A stretch of DNA of 27,915 nt from positions 1-27,915 of IMG/VR virus record IMGVR_UViG_3300016652_000227; one strand, 5' to 3'. The notes beneath the pieces are model-generated. The model made no database searches. It saw nothing but the letters and a program-made list of their open reading frames with translations, and was not told the origin of the DNA. The stretch's first letter is position 1; every line of letters starts with the position of its first letter. Made by a program: the position numbers and the translations under genes. Source of the DNA: a virus. Taxonomy: Duplodnaviria > Caudoviricetes. Shown here one piece after another: positions 7,556 through 16,573 of this stretch.

Positions 7556-10146
7556 GTCAACCATTAATTTTTGATTATATTCTTGGTAAGATGAGGCTTT
7601 CGGATGCGGCTCTTGCTAGTGCTGCAACTGTTTCTATTCCAGATCCATTAAATGTTAATGCTTTATCTGTTAATTCAACTGCAAGTATAAATTTGCTATA
7701 CTTTAACAATGGAAATGCTTCTACAGGAACTTTTGGCAATCTTACAACAAACAATCTCGTTACTAACTCAACTGCTTCAATCCGTGTCGGACATTTCAAC
7801 GATGTCTTTGCCTCAACTATTTCAACAAATAGACTCTTTACTAACCAACTTTTCTCAAGCACAGCAACAATAGGTGACGCACACTTATTAAATATCAACT
7901 GGAACTTAAATAGTGGTTCAACCTTATCTGTTGAAGGACAGATGAATTGGTCATCTGACTTTGGAACGACTGTTTTAGGACTTGCAGGAGGGACTGTTGA
8001 TGTTGCACTTGGAATGGAAACAATGTTTCCAAAAAGAGTTAGAAACTCAACTGGAAGTGCTATGGCAAAAGGCACAGTTGTATATATCAATGGCGTGTCT
8101 GGTAATACTCCAACGATTGCAAGGGCAATAGCAACTTCAGACATGACAAGTGCTTACACAATCGGCATGACTTCTGAAAACATAAATGATGGTGCTACAG
8201 GTTGGCTTACAACTTTTGGAGAAATTACAGGACTTAATTTATCAAGTTACACAGGTGGGGACACTTTATATTTATCAGCCGTTAGTGCTGGACTTTTCAC
8301 AAATCAAAGAGTTTACGCACCTAGCCATTATGTAAGAGTTGGAACTGTTGTAAAAGCAACTAGTGACGGCAGTCTTGTTGTTAATGTTATAAATGGTTTT
8401 GAAACTGACGAATTGCACGATGTTTCAATTACAAGCCTTGCTTCAGGACATATTTTGCAATCTAATGGTTCTTTATGGCAAAACAGAAGTCTTGCATTAA
8501 CTTTGAGTTTTTTATCACTTGGCTCATTAGCCGTTCAAAACTCTGTTAACTTTTTCAATCTGGTGTCATATCCAAGTCTTGGTAGTTTATCTATACTTAA
8601 TCAATTATCCTTTTTCGATTTAACTTCAAGACCAAGTTTAGGTTCTATTGCTGCATTAAATGTAATAATTCATGGTTCGACTGTTTCAAGAGGTTTAGAT
8701 GACCATACTCAATACGCTTTACTTGCTGGTAGAAGTGGGGGGCAAACATTATATGGTGGAACAGCCAATAACAATACCCTTACTCTTTACGGAACATCTT
8801 TTATTGGGGGCAATGGAGATGTAATTATTAATCCATTAAACGGGTTTACAGCAGTTGGTCATACGACTCCAGACGCACAACTACATACAAAATTATCGAC
8901 AGCAACAACTACAAGTATTTCTGCAAGTAAAACTGAACTTATTGCAAATATCGGAGCAAGTCCAACCTATTTATATGCAAACGAAAACATCGTAGGGTTA
9001 TCAAGTGGTGTTTCTTCTATCACTTTTACAACTGGAGTTAGAAGTATTATAGATAATGATAACGCTGTTGGAGATGTTGTTAGATTATTTGAGGGTGCTT
9101 ATTCTCAAAATTTAGGAGACATAGATACTGTAATCGGTTTAGATTTATCTACAACTCCTGCTAATGCGTCAATAGCTTGGCATTACCATTTATACTTATC
9201 AAACGCTTGTATACCAGTAAAAAATGACACTTTTTCAATTTATTCAGCTGGAGGTAAATCTTATCATAGGGGATACATAGGTATTAACAATATTTTTCCA
9301 AATGCTGGACTTGATATTGTTGGTGAAACATCTAACGCAAACACATATTCTATCTACACAACTGATAGTAGTGGTAATGTAATTTTTGGTGTGAGAAATG
9401 ACGATACTATTGGTGTTGGAATAAACCCAACTTTTAGTAGCAATAATAGGTTTTATTGTCGTGATGAAAGAACAAACCAAAATGGAAATAATCTTTTTGC
9501 TACAGGAAATAATACTTTTACCACAACTGGAACTAGGTTTGTTAGAAATTTTTATTCTCAACCTTTAATTGTAATAGCGTCTGGCGTATCGCAAGGAGGT
9601 TATGTTTACGGAATGTCTGCTGATGTTTTGCGTGACCAAACAACGGATAGGGGTGGCATCAATTCTTTAGAAACAATGAACTTTGCTTTTGGACACCTTA
9701 GGTCATTACCGTCTCCTTGGAATCAAGTTACAAATAATGTAGTAGGGGTCAATCTCAGACCATATTCTGAAAGAGGAACTATTACTAATTTATACAGTTT
9801 ATTTTTCGATAGTCGGTCATCAACAGCAAGTAGTATCTCTGGAACTGTTACAAACGCCTACACTATTTACGCTGAACAAAGCGACCAATCATACTTTGCT
9901 GGAAGAATTGGAATCAAAGACACAACTCCTGACGCTGAACTTGATGTAAATCAAACATCTACAACTGCTGCAATTCCAACACTTATTTTATCGCAATCTG
10001 ATTTGTCTGAAGAGTTTATAAACTTTGAGTCAACTATTGGAACTGGAAATCCTATCGTTGCCTCATCTACGGCTACAACTTTTTCTCATAAAGTAAGAGT
10101 TTCTGTCAATGGAACTTTTAAGTGGCTATATCTTTATAACGCTTGA
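7552..10146 (+). CDS. Tail fibre / receptor-binding protein
   Basis: About 864 aa, S/T/G/N-rich. NSTAS-type and SLGSL-type repeats; modules typical of phage fibres (VRNSTGS...KGTVVYING, DELHDVSI, DDHTQYALLAGR, IGI..T.PDA.LDV). ATG 7552 overlaps the upstream TGA. Confidence 0.8.
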   Translation: MSQPLIFDYILGKMRLSDAALASAATVSIPDPLNVNALSVNSTASINLLYFNNGNASTGTFGNLTTNNLVTNSTASIRVGHFNDVFASTISTNRLFTNQLFSSTATIGDAHLLNINWNLNSGSTLSVEGQMNWSSDFGTTVLGLAGGTVDVALGMETMFPKRVRNSTGSAMAKGTVVYINGVSGNTPTIARAIATSDMTSAYTIGMTSENINDGATGWLTTFGEITGLNLSSYTGGDTLYLSAVSAGLFTNQRVYAPSHYVRVGTVVKATSDGSLVVNVINGFETDELHDVSITSLASGHILQSNGSLWQNRSLALTLSFLSLGSLAVQNSVNFFNLVSYPSLGSLSILNQLSFFDLTSRPSLGSIAALNVIIHGSTVSRGLDDHTQYALLAGRSGGQTLYGGTANNNTLTLYGTSFIGGNGDVIINPLNGFTAVGHTTPDAQLHTKLSTATTTSISASKTELIANIGASPTYLYANENIVGLSSGVSSITFTTGVRSIIDNDNAVGDVVRLFEGAYSQNLGDIDTVIGLDLSTTPANASIAWHYHLYLSNACIPVKNDTFSIYSAGGKSYHRGYIGINNIFPNAGLDIVGETSNANTYSIYTTDSSGNVIFGVRNDDTIGVGINPTFSSNNRFYCRDERTNQNGNNLFATGNNTFTTTGTRFVRNFYSQPLIVIASGVSQGGYVYGMSADVLRDQTTDRGGINSLETMNFAFGHLRSLPSPWNQVTNNVVGVNLRPYSERGTITNLYSLFFDSRSSTASSISGTVTNAYTIYAEQSDQSYFAGRIGIKDTTPDAELDVNQTSTTAAIPTLILSQSDLSEEFINFESTIGTGNPIVASSTATTFSHKVRVSVNGTFKWLYLYNA

Positions 10147-10163
10147 TTTTGTATAATATACCT

Positions 10164-10442
10164 ATGGCATTATGTAAAACTGTTCAAACTCCTTACGGAA
10201 TAAATACCCAGTATCATAAAATATACGACTTCGATGTTTCTTTCTCACAGAAAATGGCAAGGTGTAAATTAGTGTCATATTTATCCAAAAATGACTATGA
10301 CTTGGGTTCTCAATTCTTAGAAAGTTACAGATTTACTTGGACTGGAGATGAGTTTGATTTTACCCATGAAGAAAACATTACTGCCAAAATGTATCAAAAA
10401 ATAAAACAAACTCCTGAATGGAGTGACGCTAATGACTGCTGA
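10164..10442 (+). CDS. Small protein after tail fibre (possible fibre assembly chaperone)
   Basis: MALCKTVQTPYGI...YHKI...MYQKIKQTPEWSDANDC. Position directly after the fibre; TTGTATAAT upstream of ATG 10164. Confidence 0.6.
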   Translation: MALCKTVQTPYGINTQYHKIYDFDVSFSQKMARCKLVSYLSKNDYDLGSQFLESYRFTWTGDEFDFTHEENITAKMYQKIKQTPEWSDANDC

Positions 10443-10605
10443 AGAAAAAAACAGACTTTTTAATTTAATAGCTTCTGCTTTAATGTCTTACAAAGGCACT
10501 TGGAATGAGCATACAGAACTACAAAAGGCACTTAAAACAATTTCAGATTACATTGAAGAATTAGAGCAAAATCAAAACAAAGAAGTCATTGAAAAAACTT
10601 TGTAA
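10432..10605 (+). CDS. Small helical hypothetical protein
   Basis: 57-aa ORF overlapping the upstream stop. Confidence 0.55.
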   Translation: MTAEEKNRLFNLIASALMSYKGTWNEHTELQKALKTISDYIEELEQNQNKEVIEKTL

Positions 10606-10622
10606 TTTTATATTTATAAGTC

Positions 10623-11276
10623 ATGACTACATATAAAACAGTTGGTGACATATTAAAATCAGTCGGAGCATTAACAGAACAAGACGCTATATTCCCAACA
10701 GGAACAGACTTATCCGTTAGGATTCAATATGTAAATGACGCTCTTGGAGAATGGGCTGACGCTTACACTTGGGAAGATTTACGAATTACATATAACATCA
10801 ACACTCTTGCCTCACTTACATCAATTGGACTTCCAACAAACTTTAGACAGCCATTATCAACTCTTTATGTTGCAACTGAAACCAGTCTTGATGAATATGC
10901 GTTAATTAACGCAAGAGATAGGTTTTCCAAAGAAGCAACGGATAAGTATTGCTACCTATACGGAACATTACGAGAAAAATCATTACAAATACCAAATGTT
11001 ATACCGGCTAATGCCTCATGTGTAATTGACTATATGTCTTTTCCTTCATCAGTTGCCAGTTTTAATGACTATGTGCCAATTTCATCATCTCAATACCTTG
11101 TAAAGAGAGTGTCGGCTATGGTTTTTCAAGCCAGAGGTGATAACAGATACCCACAACTTCAGGCTGATGCTGAAAGATTTCTATCAAATACTATCGAGGA
11201 ACAAAATGTGCCATTTGGTCGGGTCAATAGAATACCGATTGATTACCAAAGTTTTTCGATAGGAGTTGACGGATAA
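10623..11276 (+). CDS. Podovirus head-tail adaptor (P22 gp4 / tail tubular protein A-like)
   Basis: Size about 217 aa; 'YVNDALGEW...W..L', 'LPTNF..P' pattern; precedes a ~650-aa nozzle-like gene (TAATG overlap). Confidence 0.65.
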   Translation: MTTYKTVGDILKSVGALTEQDAIFPTGTDLSVRIQYVNDALGEWADAYTWEDLRITYNINTLASLTSIGLPTNFRQPLSTLYVATETSLDEYALINARDRFSKEATDKYCYLYGTLREKSLQIPNVIPANASCVIDYMSFPSSVASFNDYVPISSSQYLVKRVSAMVFQARGDNRYPQLQADAERFLSNTIEEQNVPFGRVNRIPIDYQSFSIGVDG

Positions 11277-13234
11277 TGCCAGTTCTAAATACCAGAAGAC
11301 CACAATATACTCCACAAAGGATTTTAGAGATAAGTTACAACGGATTCCCGGGTGGACTTAACTTATTTTTCACACCAACAGAAATCAAAGCAACAGAGTT
11401 ATCTCAGGCTGATAACACAATGCTTATAGGTGCTGGAGTTGTAACTGGTAGGTGGGGAAGTCAGACATATTTCTCTGCTGGATCTGGATACATAAGAGAC
11501 TTGAATGTCTATCAAAACATACAAAACGCAACAAACGAACTTTTGGCTATAACAGATAATGGTTTTTTGGTTAAAAAGTCTGGCACATCAAACACAATCA
11601 TTACAGGGGCATCTTTTGCTAGTGGGGCTATCATATCAAGTGCTCAACTTGGTAATAATATGTATTACGCCTCAGATTCAACAAACTTTACAAAATATGA
11701 CGGAACTAATTTGTCAGTTTATACAGGTATTTCAAGACCATCTTTATCTGGTGGTATTTCTTTGATATCTGGAGCCACAGGAACTGCAACTTGGAGTTAC
11801 AGAGTGACAGCATTCTCACAAACAGGTGAAACACTTGGTTCTCCAGCCGTTTCAAGAACTCTTTTATCTTTTAACAGAGACCAAATGTTAATCAATGTGG
11901 CTTGGTCTCAGCCATCAACTGCTTCAACTTTACTTAAAGGTTTTGGAATATATGCCGGACTTCCAGGCGAGGAAACTTTAATTGCCAATGTTGGCCCAGA
12001 TCAAAGAAACTTTGTTGATAATGGTTTTACACAATCAACAATTGCAAGTCCAACAACTGATACAACGGCCGGAGTTAAAGCTAAATACATAAAACGATTT
12101 GATGACAGGTTAATTTTGGCTGGAATTGCTAATGATCCGACAATGGTTATGATATCTGGTAAATTTCCTTATCAAGACAGGTTTAATTGGCAGTCTGGTG
12201 GAGGTTATGTCAAAGTTGCACCTGATAGTGGGGATGAGATTACAGGCATTGAGGTTGTTGGTTCTAACTCAGTTGGAGCATCTCTTGCTCCGTCAATCTT
12301 GGTATTTATGAAAAACTCGGTGCATCAAATAGTTCTAAATTATGTAACTATTGGTGATTACTCGGTATTAAATCCAATTGTTCAAACAATATCTCCAGTT
12401 GGTGCATCAAATCAAAAGGGAATTGTTAATATCCAAAATAATACTTTCTATATTGGAAGGTTAGGACTTCAGACTGTTGGTCAGGAAGCCGCATACTTAA
12501 ATCAGATAAGAACAAGCGAGGTTAGTGCAAGAATAAGACCATATTTTGACGGCCTTACAGAAGCCGAACTTGAAACTGTTGCCTCAGGTTATATGGATTA
12601 CAAATATCTTTTTTCATTTCCAACAAGAAAACAAACTTACATTTATGACTATGAAAGAGGTGCTTTTATGGGGCCTTGGCTCACTCCTTTTGGAATATCT
12701 TCTTGGCTTGAATATATAAATGGTTCTGGCGAGGTTGTATATTTGGCAGGATGCACAGACGGATTGGTTCGTGATTTTTCATCAAACTATAAATCTGATA
12801 ATGGAACTGCAATTATTAAAACTGTTAAAACCAAAAAAGAAGATTTTGGTAACTGGTCAGTTCTTAAGGTTATGCGTCTTTTATACGCATTGTTTAGAAA
12901 TATTGATGGAACAGTAAACTTAAATATAATTTTGGAAAACAGAGCCGGTGGCACTGAAATTGTATCTAAATCTTTTTCAGTATCAAGTGAAACAGGAGGA
13001 ACTGGTTGGGGAACGGACTTGTGGGGAAGTGCTAAATGGGGAACATCAGGGGGCAATGTTACTGCTGGGGCATCTTTAGACATCATTAGGTGGCTTAACT
13101 TATATAAAACTGCAAGAACAATTCAAATTGAAATATCCCAAATTGCAACTGAAACCCAATTTGAAATAGCAGACATTCAAATATCAGCAACATTACAGCC
13201 AGAAGGTTCTTTATCTTCTTCTTTGCGTATCTAA
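11276..13234 (+). CDS. Podovirus stabilization/nozzle protein (P22 gp10 / tail tubular protein B-like)
   Basis: 652 aa, beta-rich. N-terminal F.GGLN...ADN motif, GDEITG, C-terminal WGTDLWGSAKWG aromatic repeat; canonical position after the adaptor. Confidence 0.7.
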   Translation: MPVLNTRRPQYTPQRILEISYNGFPGGLNLFFTPTEIKATELSQADNTMLIGAGVVTGRWGSQTYFSAGSGYIRDLNVYQNIQNATNELLAITDNGFLVKKSGTSNTIITGASFASGAIISSAQLGNNMYYASDSTNFTKYDGTNLSVYTGISRPSLSGGISLISGATGTATWSYRVTAFSQTGETLGSPAVSRTLLSFNRDQMLINVAWSQPSTASTLLKGFGIYAGLPGEETLIANVGPDQRNFVDNGFTQSTIASPTTDTTAGVKAKYIKRFDDRLILAGIANDPTMVMISGKFPYQDRFNWQSGGGYVKVAPDSGDEITGIEVVGSNSVGASLAPSILVFMKNSVHQIVLNYVTIGDYSVLNPIVQTISPVGASNQKGIVNIQNNTFYIGRLGLQTVGQEAAYLNQIRTSEVSARIRPYFDGLTEAELETVASGYMDYKYLFSFPTRKQTYIYDYERGAFMGPWLTPFGISSWLEYINGSGEVVYLAGCTDGLVRDFSSNYKSDNGTAIIKTVKTKKEDFGNWSVLKVMRLLYALFRNIDGTVNLNIILENRAGGTEIVSKSFSVSSETGGTGWGTDLWGSAKWGTSGGNVTAGASLDIIRWLNLYKTARTIQIEISQIATETQFEIADIQISATLQPEGSLSSSLRI

Positions 13235-13271
13235 CTCTTGTATTTATTTATTTATTTTTTATTACTAAATT

Positions 13272-14198
13272 ATGCCGAATTTATATAATGTGCCACTACA
13301 AAACGGAATACAAAGAACTTTAGCAAATACATTAAATGCTGGGGAAGTTACAACTATAACTTTTGCAACATCAGTTTCAAGTGTGCTACAAGCATCGGCT
13401 TCAATTCCTGGAACATTAGTTATTGACAGAGTTGATGCAAATGGTAATTTAACACCTTCTTTGACTGAATATATTTCTTTTACAGGAGTTTCTGGATCAA
13501 CTGTTACAGGACTTGTTAGAGGTCTTGCCGGAACATCAGACATTGCTCACTCAATTGGAGCAATAGTTGAGTTTGTGCCAGATGTTACTTGGGCTGACGC
13601 TATAAATGATACCTTTACTGTTGGTCATAATGCTGATGGAACACATAAATCTACTGCTTTTGCATCTTTAGTATCTGTTAATTTAGTTAATTCTTCTTTA
13701 GATACTTTTACTTTTCAATCTGGTTTTTCAACTGTTTCTGGTGCAACTCAAGGGTCAATGCTTACTTTTAATGCCGGAACAATTACTAATTTATTAGTTG
13801 GTGGTATTGATAAATCTTTATCTGTATCTTCAACTGCATCAGGTTTGTTACCTACTTGGGATAGCGTTTACTTACATAAAGTTCACAGACAAGGAAGTAA
13901 CGCAACTAATTATGTTAGTGGAGGTTCTGTAAATTATTTAGAAACTGATGTAATTTTTCAAAGTGGTGCAATTAATTGCGTTGGTATGACAACTGCTGGA
14001 AGCACTAAAACGGTAACTTTTCCTAAAGCATACACACAAATTCCTATGGTTTGGTTGCAATTTTATGATGCAACAAACAGTCATTATGATGTTGTCGGTA
14101 ACTTAAGAAGCCCTACAACAACTGGTTTTACTATTATAAATAGCCAAGGTGGTATCGGTTCAAGTAGCATATATCTATGGTTTGCACTTGGTAAATAA
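13272..14198 (+). CDS. Tail needle/fibre-like protein with C-terminal 'VTFPKAY...P' (gp53-like/H-lectin-like) domain
   Basis: EYISFTG...VRGLAGT...HSIGAIVE, GHNADGTH, QSG...TVTFPKAYTQIP...TTTGFTI...WFALGK. Confidence 0.7.
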   Translation: MPNLYNVPLQNGIQRTLANTLNAGEVTTITFATSVSSVLQASASIPGTLVIDRVDANGNLTPSLTEYISFTGVSGSTVTGLVRGLAGTSDIAHSIGAIVEFVPDVTWADAINDTFTVGHNADGTHKSTAFASLVSVNLVNSSLDTFTFQSGFSTVSGATQGSMLTFNAGTITNLLVGGIDKSLSVSSTASGLLPTWDSVYLHKVHRQGSNATNYVSGGSVNYLETDVIFQSGAINCVGMTTAGSTKTVTFPKAYTQIPMVWLQFYDATNSHYDVVGNLRSPTTTGFTIINSQGGIGSSSIYLWFALGK

Positions 14199-14199
14199 T

Positions 14200-14394
14200 A
14201 TGGCTGACACAATTAATGAGAGAATGGCAAAACTTGAAGAAAAAGTTGAAAACATTAAAGAAAATGTTGATGAGGTGGTAAAACACAAACTACCTGCTAT
14301 TGAACGCAAAATTGAAGGATTACAAAGATATATTTTTATTGGAATTGGAATTGCGATGGCAATTCAACTATTTATCAGTTTTTTTATAAAATAA
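14200..14394 (+). CDS. Coiled-coil + single C-terminal TM protein (XhlA/holin-like)
   Basis: INERMAKLEEKVENIKE...IERKIEGLQR followed by YIFIGIGIAMAIQLFISFF; at the start of the lysis module. Confidence 0.65.
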   Translation: MADTINERMAKLEEKVENIKENVDEVVKHKLPAIERKIEGLQRYIFIGIGIAMAIQLFISFFIK

Positions 14395-14398
14395 CTAC

Positions 14399-14427
14399 TT
14401 GCAAAGTGTTGGGGGGTTGTATATAAT
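14399..14427 (+). promoter_or_regulatory. Sigma70-type promoter TTGCAA-17-TATAAT driving the GC-rich cassette
   Basis: TTGCAA 14399-14404, 17-nt spacer containing TGTTGGGGGGT, TATAAT 14422-14427. Confidence 0.8.
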
Positions 14428-14481
14428 ATAGATGGCTCGTGAGAGAGAATATGGGCCGAGGACCTACATGTGAGGTGTATC

Positions 14482-14667
14482 ATGGCTGACCTTTGGGGCT
14501 GGTTCGCAAATCCGAACGACGAAGACGACACGGACGACACGGATGATGAGTACGATCCTTCAGAAGAGAAGGACGGCGAGGACACCGGCGACCCGGATTG
14601 GGAGAAGGCGTTCGACCAAGCCGAAGATGACTACGAAGATGACGACGACGACGAAGAAGATTATTGA
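14482..14667 (+). CDS. Hyper-acidic 61-aa protein (possible nucleic-acid mimic), GC-rich moron-like gene
   Basis: GAGGTG SD at 14472-14477. 32 of 61 residues are D/E and only 2 are K; GAC/GAG-rich codons unlike the rest of the window. Confidence 0.7.
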   Translation: MADLWGWFANPNDEDDTDDTDDEYDPSEEKDGEDTGDPDWEKAFDQAEDDYEDDDDDEEDY

Positions 14668-14685
14668 GTTGTTGTCGGTCACACA

Positions 14686-14709
14686 AAGCCCTGGAGAAAT
14701 CTAGGGCTT
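14686..14709 (+). terminator. Stem-loop AAGCCCTGGA-GAAA-TCTAGGGCTT (likely terminator/processing hairpin)
   Basis: 10-bp stem with one G-U pair and a GNRA tetraloop after the acidic ORF; weak U tract. Confidence 0.55.
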
Positions 14710-14750
14710 CATTCAAATTGCATTATTAAATTTCAAAGAAAGGTAAATAT

Positions 14751-15005
14751 ATGGAAAACTCAAAAGAAATAGTATCAAGCCTAACATTTGGTGACTTTGC
14801 AGATTTATTTGCAAACATCTACAAGGATGAAAATCACTCATACGAAACTCTAAAACCTGTCATCAAAGGTTTTATGGAGAAAGCAATCGCATCATATGAT
14901 GAGAAAGCAAGATCTGAGGAAGGAACTCCTTTGTATATCTACATTGCTGGATATGTTAAAGGGGCTGTTACCGACTACAAATCACAAAACTTGCAAGAAG
15001 CATAG
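14751..15005 (+). CDS. Hypothetical protein (helical; weak resemblance to sigma region 2-type helix)
   Basis: GAAAGG SD; 84 aa; 'GFMEKAIASYDE...GTPLYIYIAGYVKGAVTDY'. Confidence 0.65.
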   Translation: MENSKEIVSSLTFGDFADLFANIYKDENHSYETLKPVIKGFMEKAIASYDEKARSEEGTPLYIYIAGYVKGAVTDYKSQNLQEA

Positions 15006-15026
15006 TTATTTTGTATTTGTATTTTA

Positions 15027-15644
15027 ATGAAACTTAAAGAGTTTATTGCCAAATACAACGGAAAAAAGCTTGATTATGATAATGCATACGGAATTCAGTG
15101 CCTTGATCTGTTTAATCAATACTTAGTCGATGTATTTGGCATAACTCAACCAATTAAATTATTTCCGGTAGCGTCAGCATACCAACTATACGACCGGGCA
15201 TCCAAAACAGATTTATTTGAAAAAATTCCTAATGATCCTTATGCAATTCCTAAAGCTGGTGACATAATCGTCTGGAAAAAGACTGCAAACTTACCACATG
15301 GCCATGTTGCAATTTTTGTATCCGGAGATGTTATGAAGTTTGAAAGTTTTGATCAGAACTGGCCACTAGGAAGTGTTTGTGGGATTGTGAAACACAACTA
15401 CAATGATGTAGCTGGTTGGCTTAGATACAAAGGACCTAAATCTATTGTTGAGCCTATAAAACTTCCTGAAATCAAATTACCTAATCTAGATGGAAATAAA
15501 ACATATATTGCTGTGGGTATAATGGTTGTGGCTATCATTGCATACCAAATGGGCTATATAAATGAAGAAACATTTAACCTTTTAGACACTATTTTTCTTG
15601 CCTTTCTAGGTTTCTCACTTCGTGATGCTATAAAGAAGAAATAG
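15027..15644 (+). CDS. CHAP-domain endolysin with C-terminal two-TM holin-like segment
   Basis: DNAYGIQCLDL (catalytic Cys), PKAGDIIVW, HGHVAIF (His), FDQNW, VAGWLR. Pro-rich linker, then DGNKTYIAVGIMVVAIIAY...IFLAFLGFSLRDAIKKK. Confidence 0.85.
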   Translation: MKLKEFIAKYNGKKLDYDNAYGIQCLDLFNQYLVDVFGITQPIKLFPVASAYQLYDRASKTDLFEKIPNDPYAIPKAGDIIVWKKTANLPHGHVAIFVSGDVMKFESFDQNWPLGSVCGIVKHNYNDVAGWLRYKGPKSIVEPIKLPEIKLPNLDGNKTYIAVGIMVVAIIAYQMGYINEETFNLLDTIFLAFLGFSLRDAIKKK

Positions 15645-15724
15645 CTCCGATTTCTCAGAGCTACTTTGTAATCTACTGCATCTTTCATGCAATTTTGACA
15701 AAAGAATTGATATTGAATTATACC

Positions 15725-15753
15725 TTGACACACCCCCCAACAAGTGCAACAAT
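15725..15753 (+). promoter_or_regulatory. Early promoter TTGACA-17-(TGC)AACAAT
   Basis: TTGACA 15725-15730, spacer CACCCCCCAACAAGTGC; near-identical to the minus-strand promoter at 21873-21901. Confidence 0.7.
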
Positions 15754-15813
15754 CAATATGACCCTGCATCAGTCACAAATTATATTTTTATTTTCCAGGG
15801 CAGAAAGGACTTT

Positions 15814-15978
15814 ATGAAAAAAGTCACAAATGCAAAATTCGTATTTGATTTTACTGACATATACCAGTGCTATTTACTTGGTAAGTGCGATAGCAAGTAT
15901 TTGCTAACATATTGTTTAGACAAAGTAGCAAAGAGATTTCTATCTCATTTGAAAGGAATGCAATATGAGTGTAAATAG
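15814..15978 (+). CDS. Small hypothetical protein (54 aa; not in ORF track)
   Basis: GAAAGGAC SD then ATG; MKKVTNAKFVFDFTDIYQCYLLGKCDSKYLLTYCLDKVAKRFLSHLKGMQYECK; overlaps the ERF start. Confidence 0.6.
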   Translation: MKKVTNAKFVFDFTDIYQCYLLGKCDSKYLLTYCLDKVAKRFLSHLKGMQYECK

Positions 15979-16573
15979 TAAACTAACAGAATTACAAAAC
16001 GAATTAAAAGCACCAAAGACCCAATTAAACCGACAGTTTAATAGATATTACCGAAGTCAAGAAGATATCTTGGAGGCTGTTAAGCCACTTCTTAAGAAGT
16101 ATGAGTTGCAGTTATATATTTCGGATGATGTTGTGTCTATTGGAGATAGGTTTTATGTTAAAGCAAATGTAACTCTCTCTCACTCTGACGGATCAAAGAT
16201 TGTTGTAACGGCTTATGCAAGGGAATCTGAAATTAGGACAGGAATGGACGCTTCACAACTTACAGGATCGTCATCATCATACGCCAGAAAATATGCTTTG
16301 AATGGATTATTCTTAATAGATGATACTAAGGATCCGGATGTTGATAATTTACCTGTTAAAAACACACCAGTTAAGCAAGAGGTAATACCAATTTCTAAAC
16401 CTGTTGCTACACCTAAACCTGCATCTGAGCCTCGTGTAACAACTGAGAACACAGGAGTTTATACCGATATGTGTGAAGATTGTGGCGATAAAATACCAAC
16501 GGCTGTTGTTGTTTACTCCAAGTCCAAGTTTGGTAAAAAGATTTGCCGAAAGTGTCAGGATTTACGAAAATGA
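15965..16573 (+). CDS. erf: ERF-family single-strand annealing protein (recombinase) with C-terminal Zn finger
   Basis: LKAPK...YRSQEDILEAVKPLL, GMDASQLTGSSSSYARKYALNGLFLIDDTKDPD; CEDC...CRKCQ; GAAAGG SD. Confidence 0.9.
   Translation: MSVNSKLTELQNELKAPKTQLNRQFNRYYRSQEDILEAVKPLLKKYELQLYISDDVVSIGDRFYVKANVTLSHSDGSKIVVTAYARESEIRTGMDASQLTGSSSSYARKYALNGLFLIDDTKDPDVDNLPVKNTPVKQEVIPISKPVATPKPASEPRVTTENTGVYTDMCEDCGDKIPTAVVVYSKSKFGKKICRKCQDLRK

Noticed and set aside
7575-8144. 189-aa minus-strand ORF, plus other antisense and short alternate-frame ORFs within long genes
   Set aside because: Shadow ORFs of biased codon usage; no motifs or RBS.
14364-14716. Minus-strand Ser-rich and Arg-rich ORFs over the GC-rich island
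   Set aside because: Antisense reads of GAC/GAA repeats; promoter, SD and hairpin all support the + strand acidic ORF.
15642-15663. TAGCTC...GAGCTA hairpin as terminator after the lysin
   Set aside because: Weak stem and poor U tract; possible but not well enough supported to list.
15554-15769. Cys-rich minus-strand ORF
   Set aside because: Overlaps the lysin end and the early promoter, has no SD, and its Cys codons arise from the promoter's ACA-rich sequence; not excluded but unsupported.
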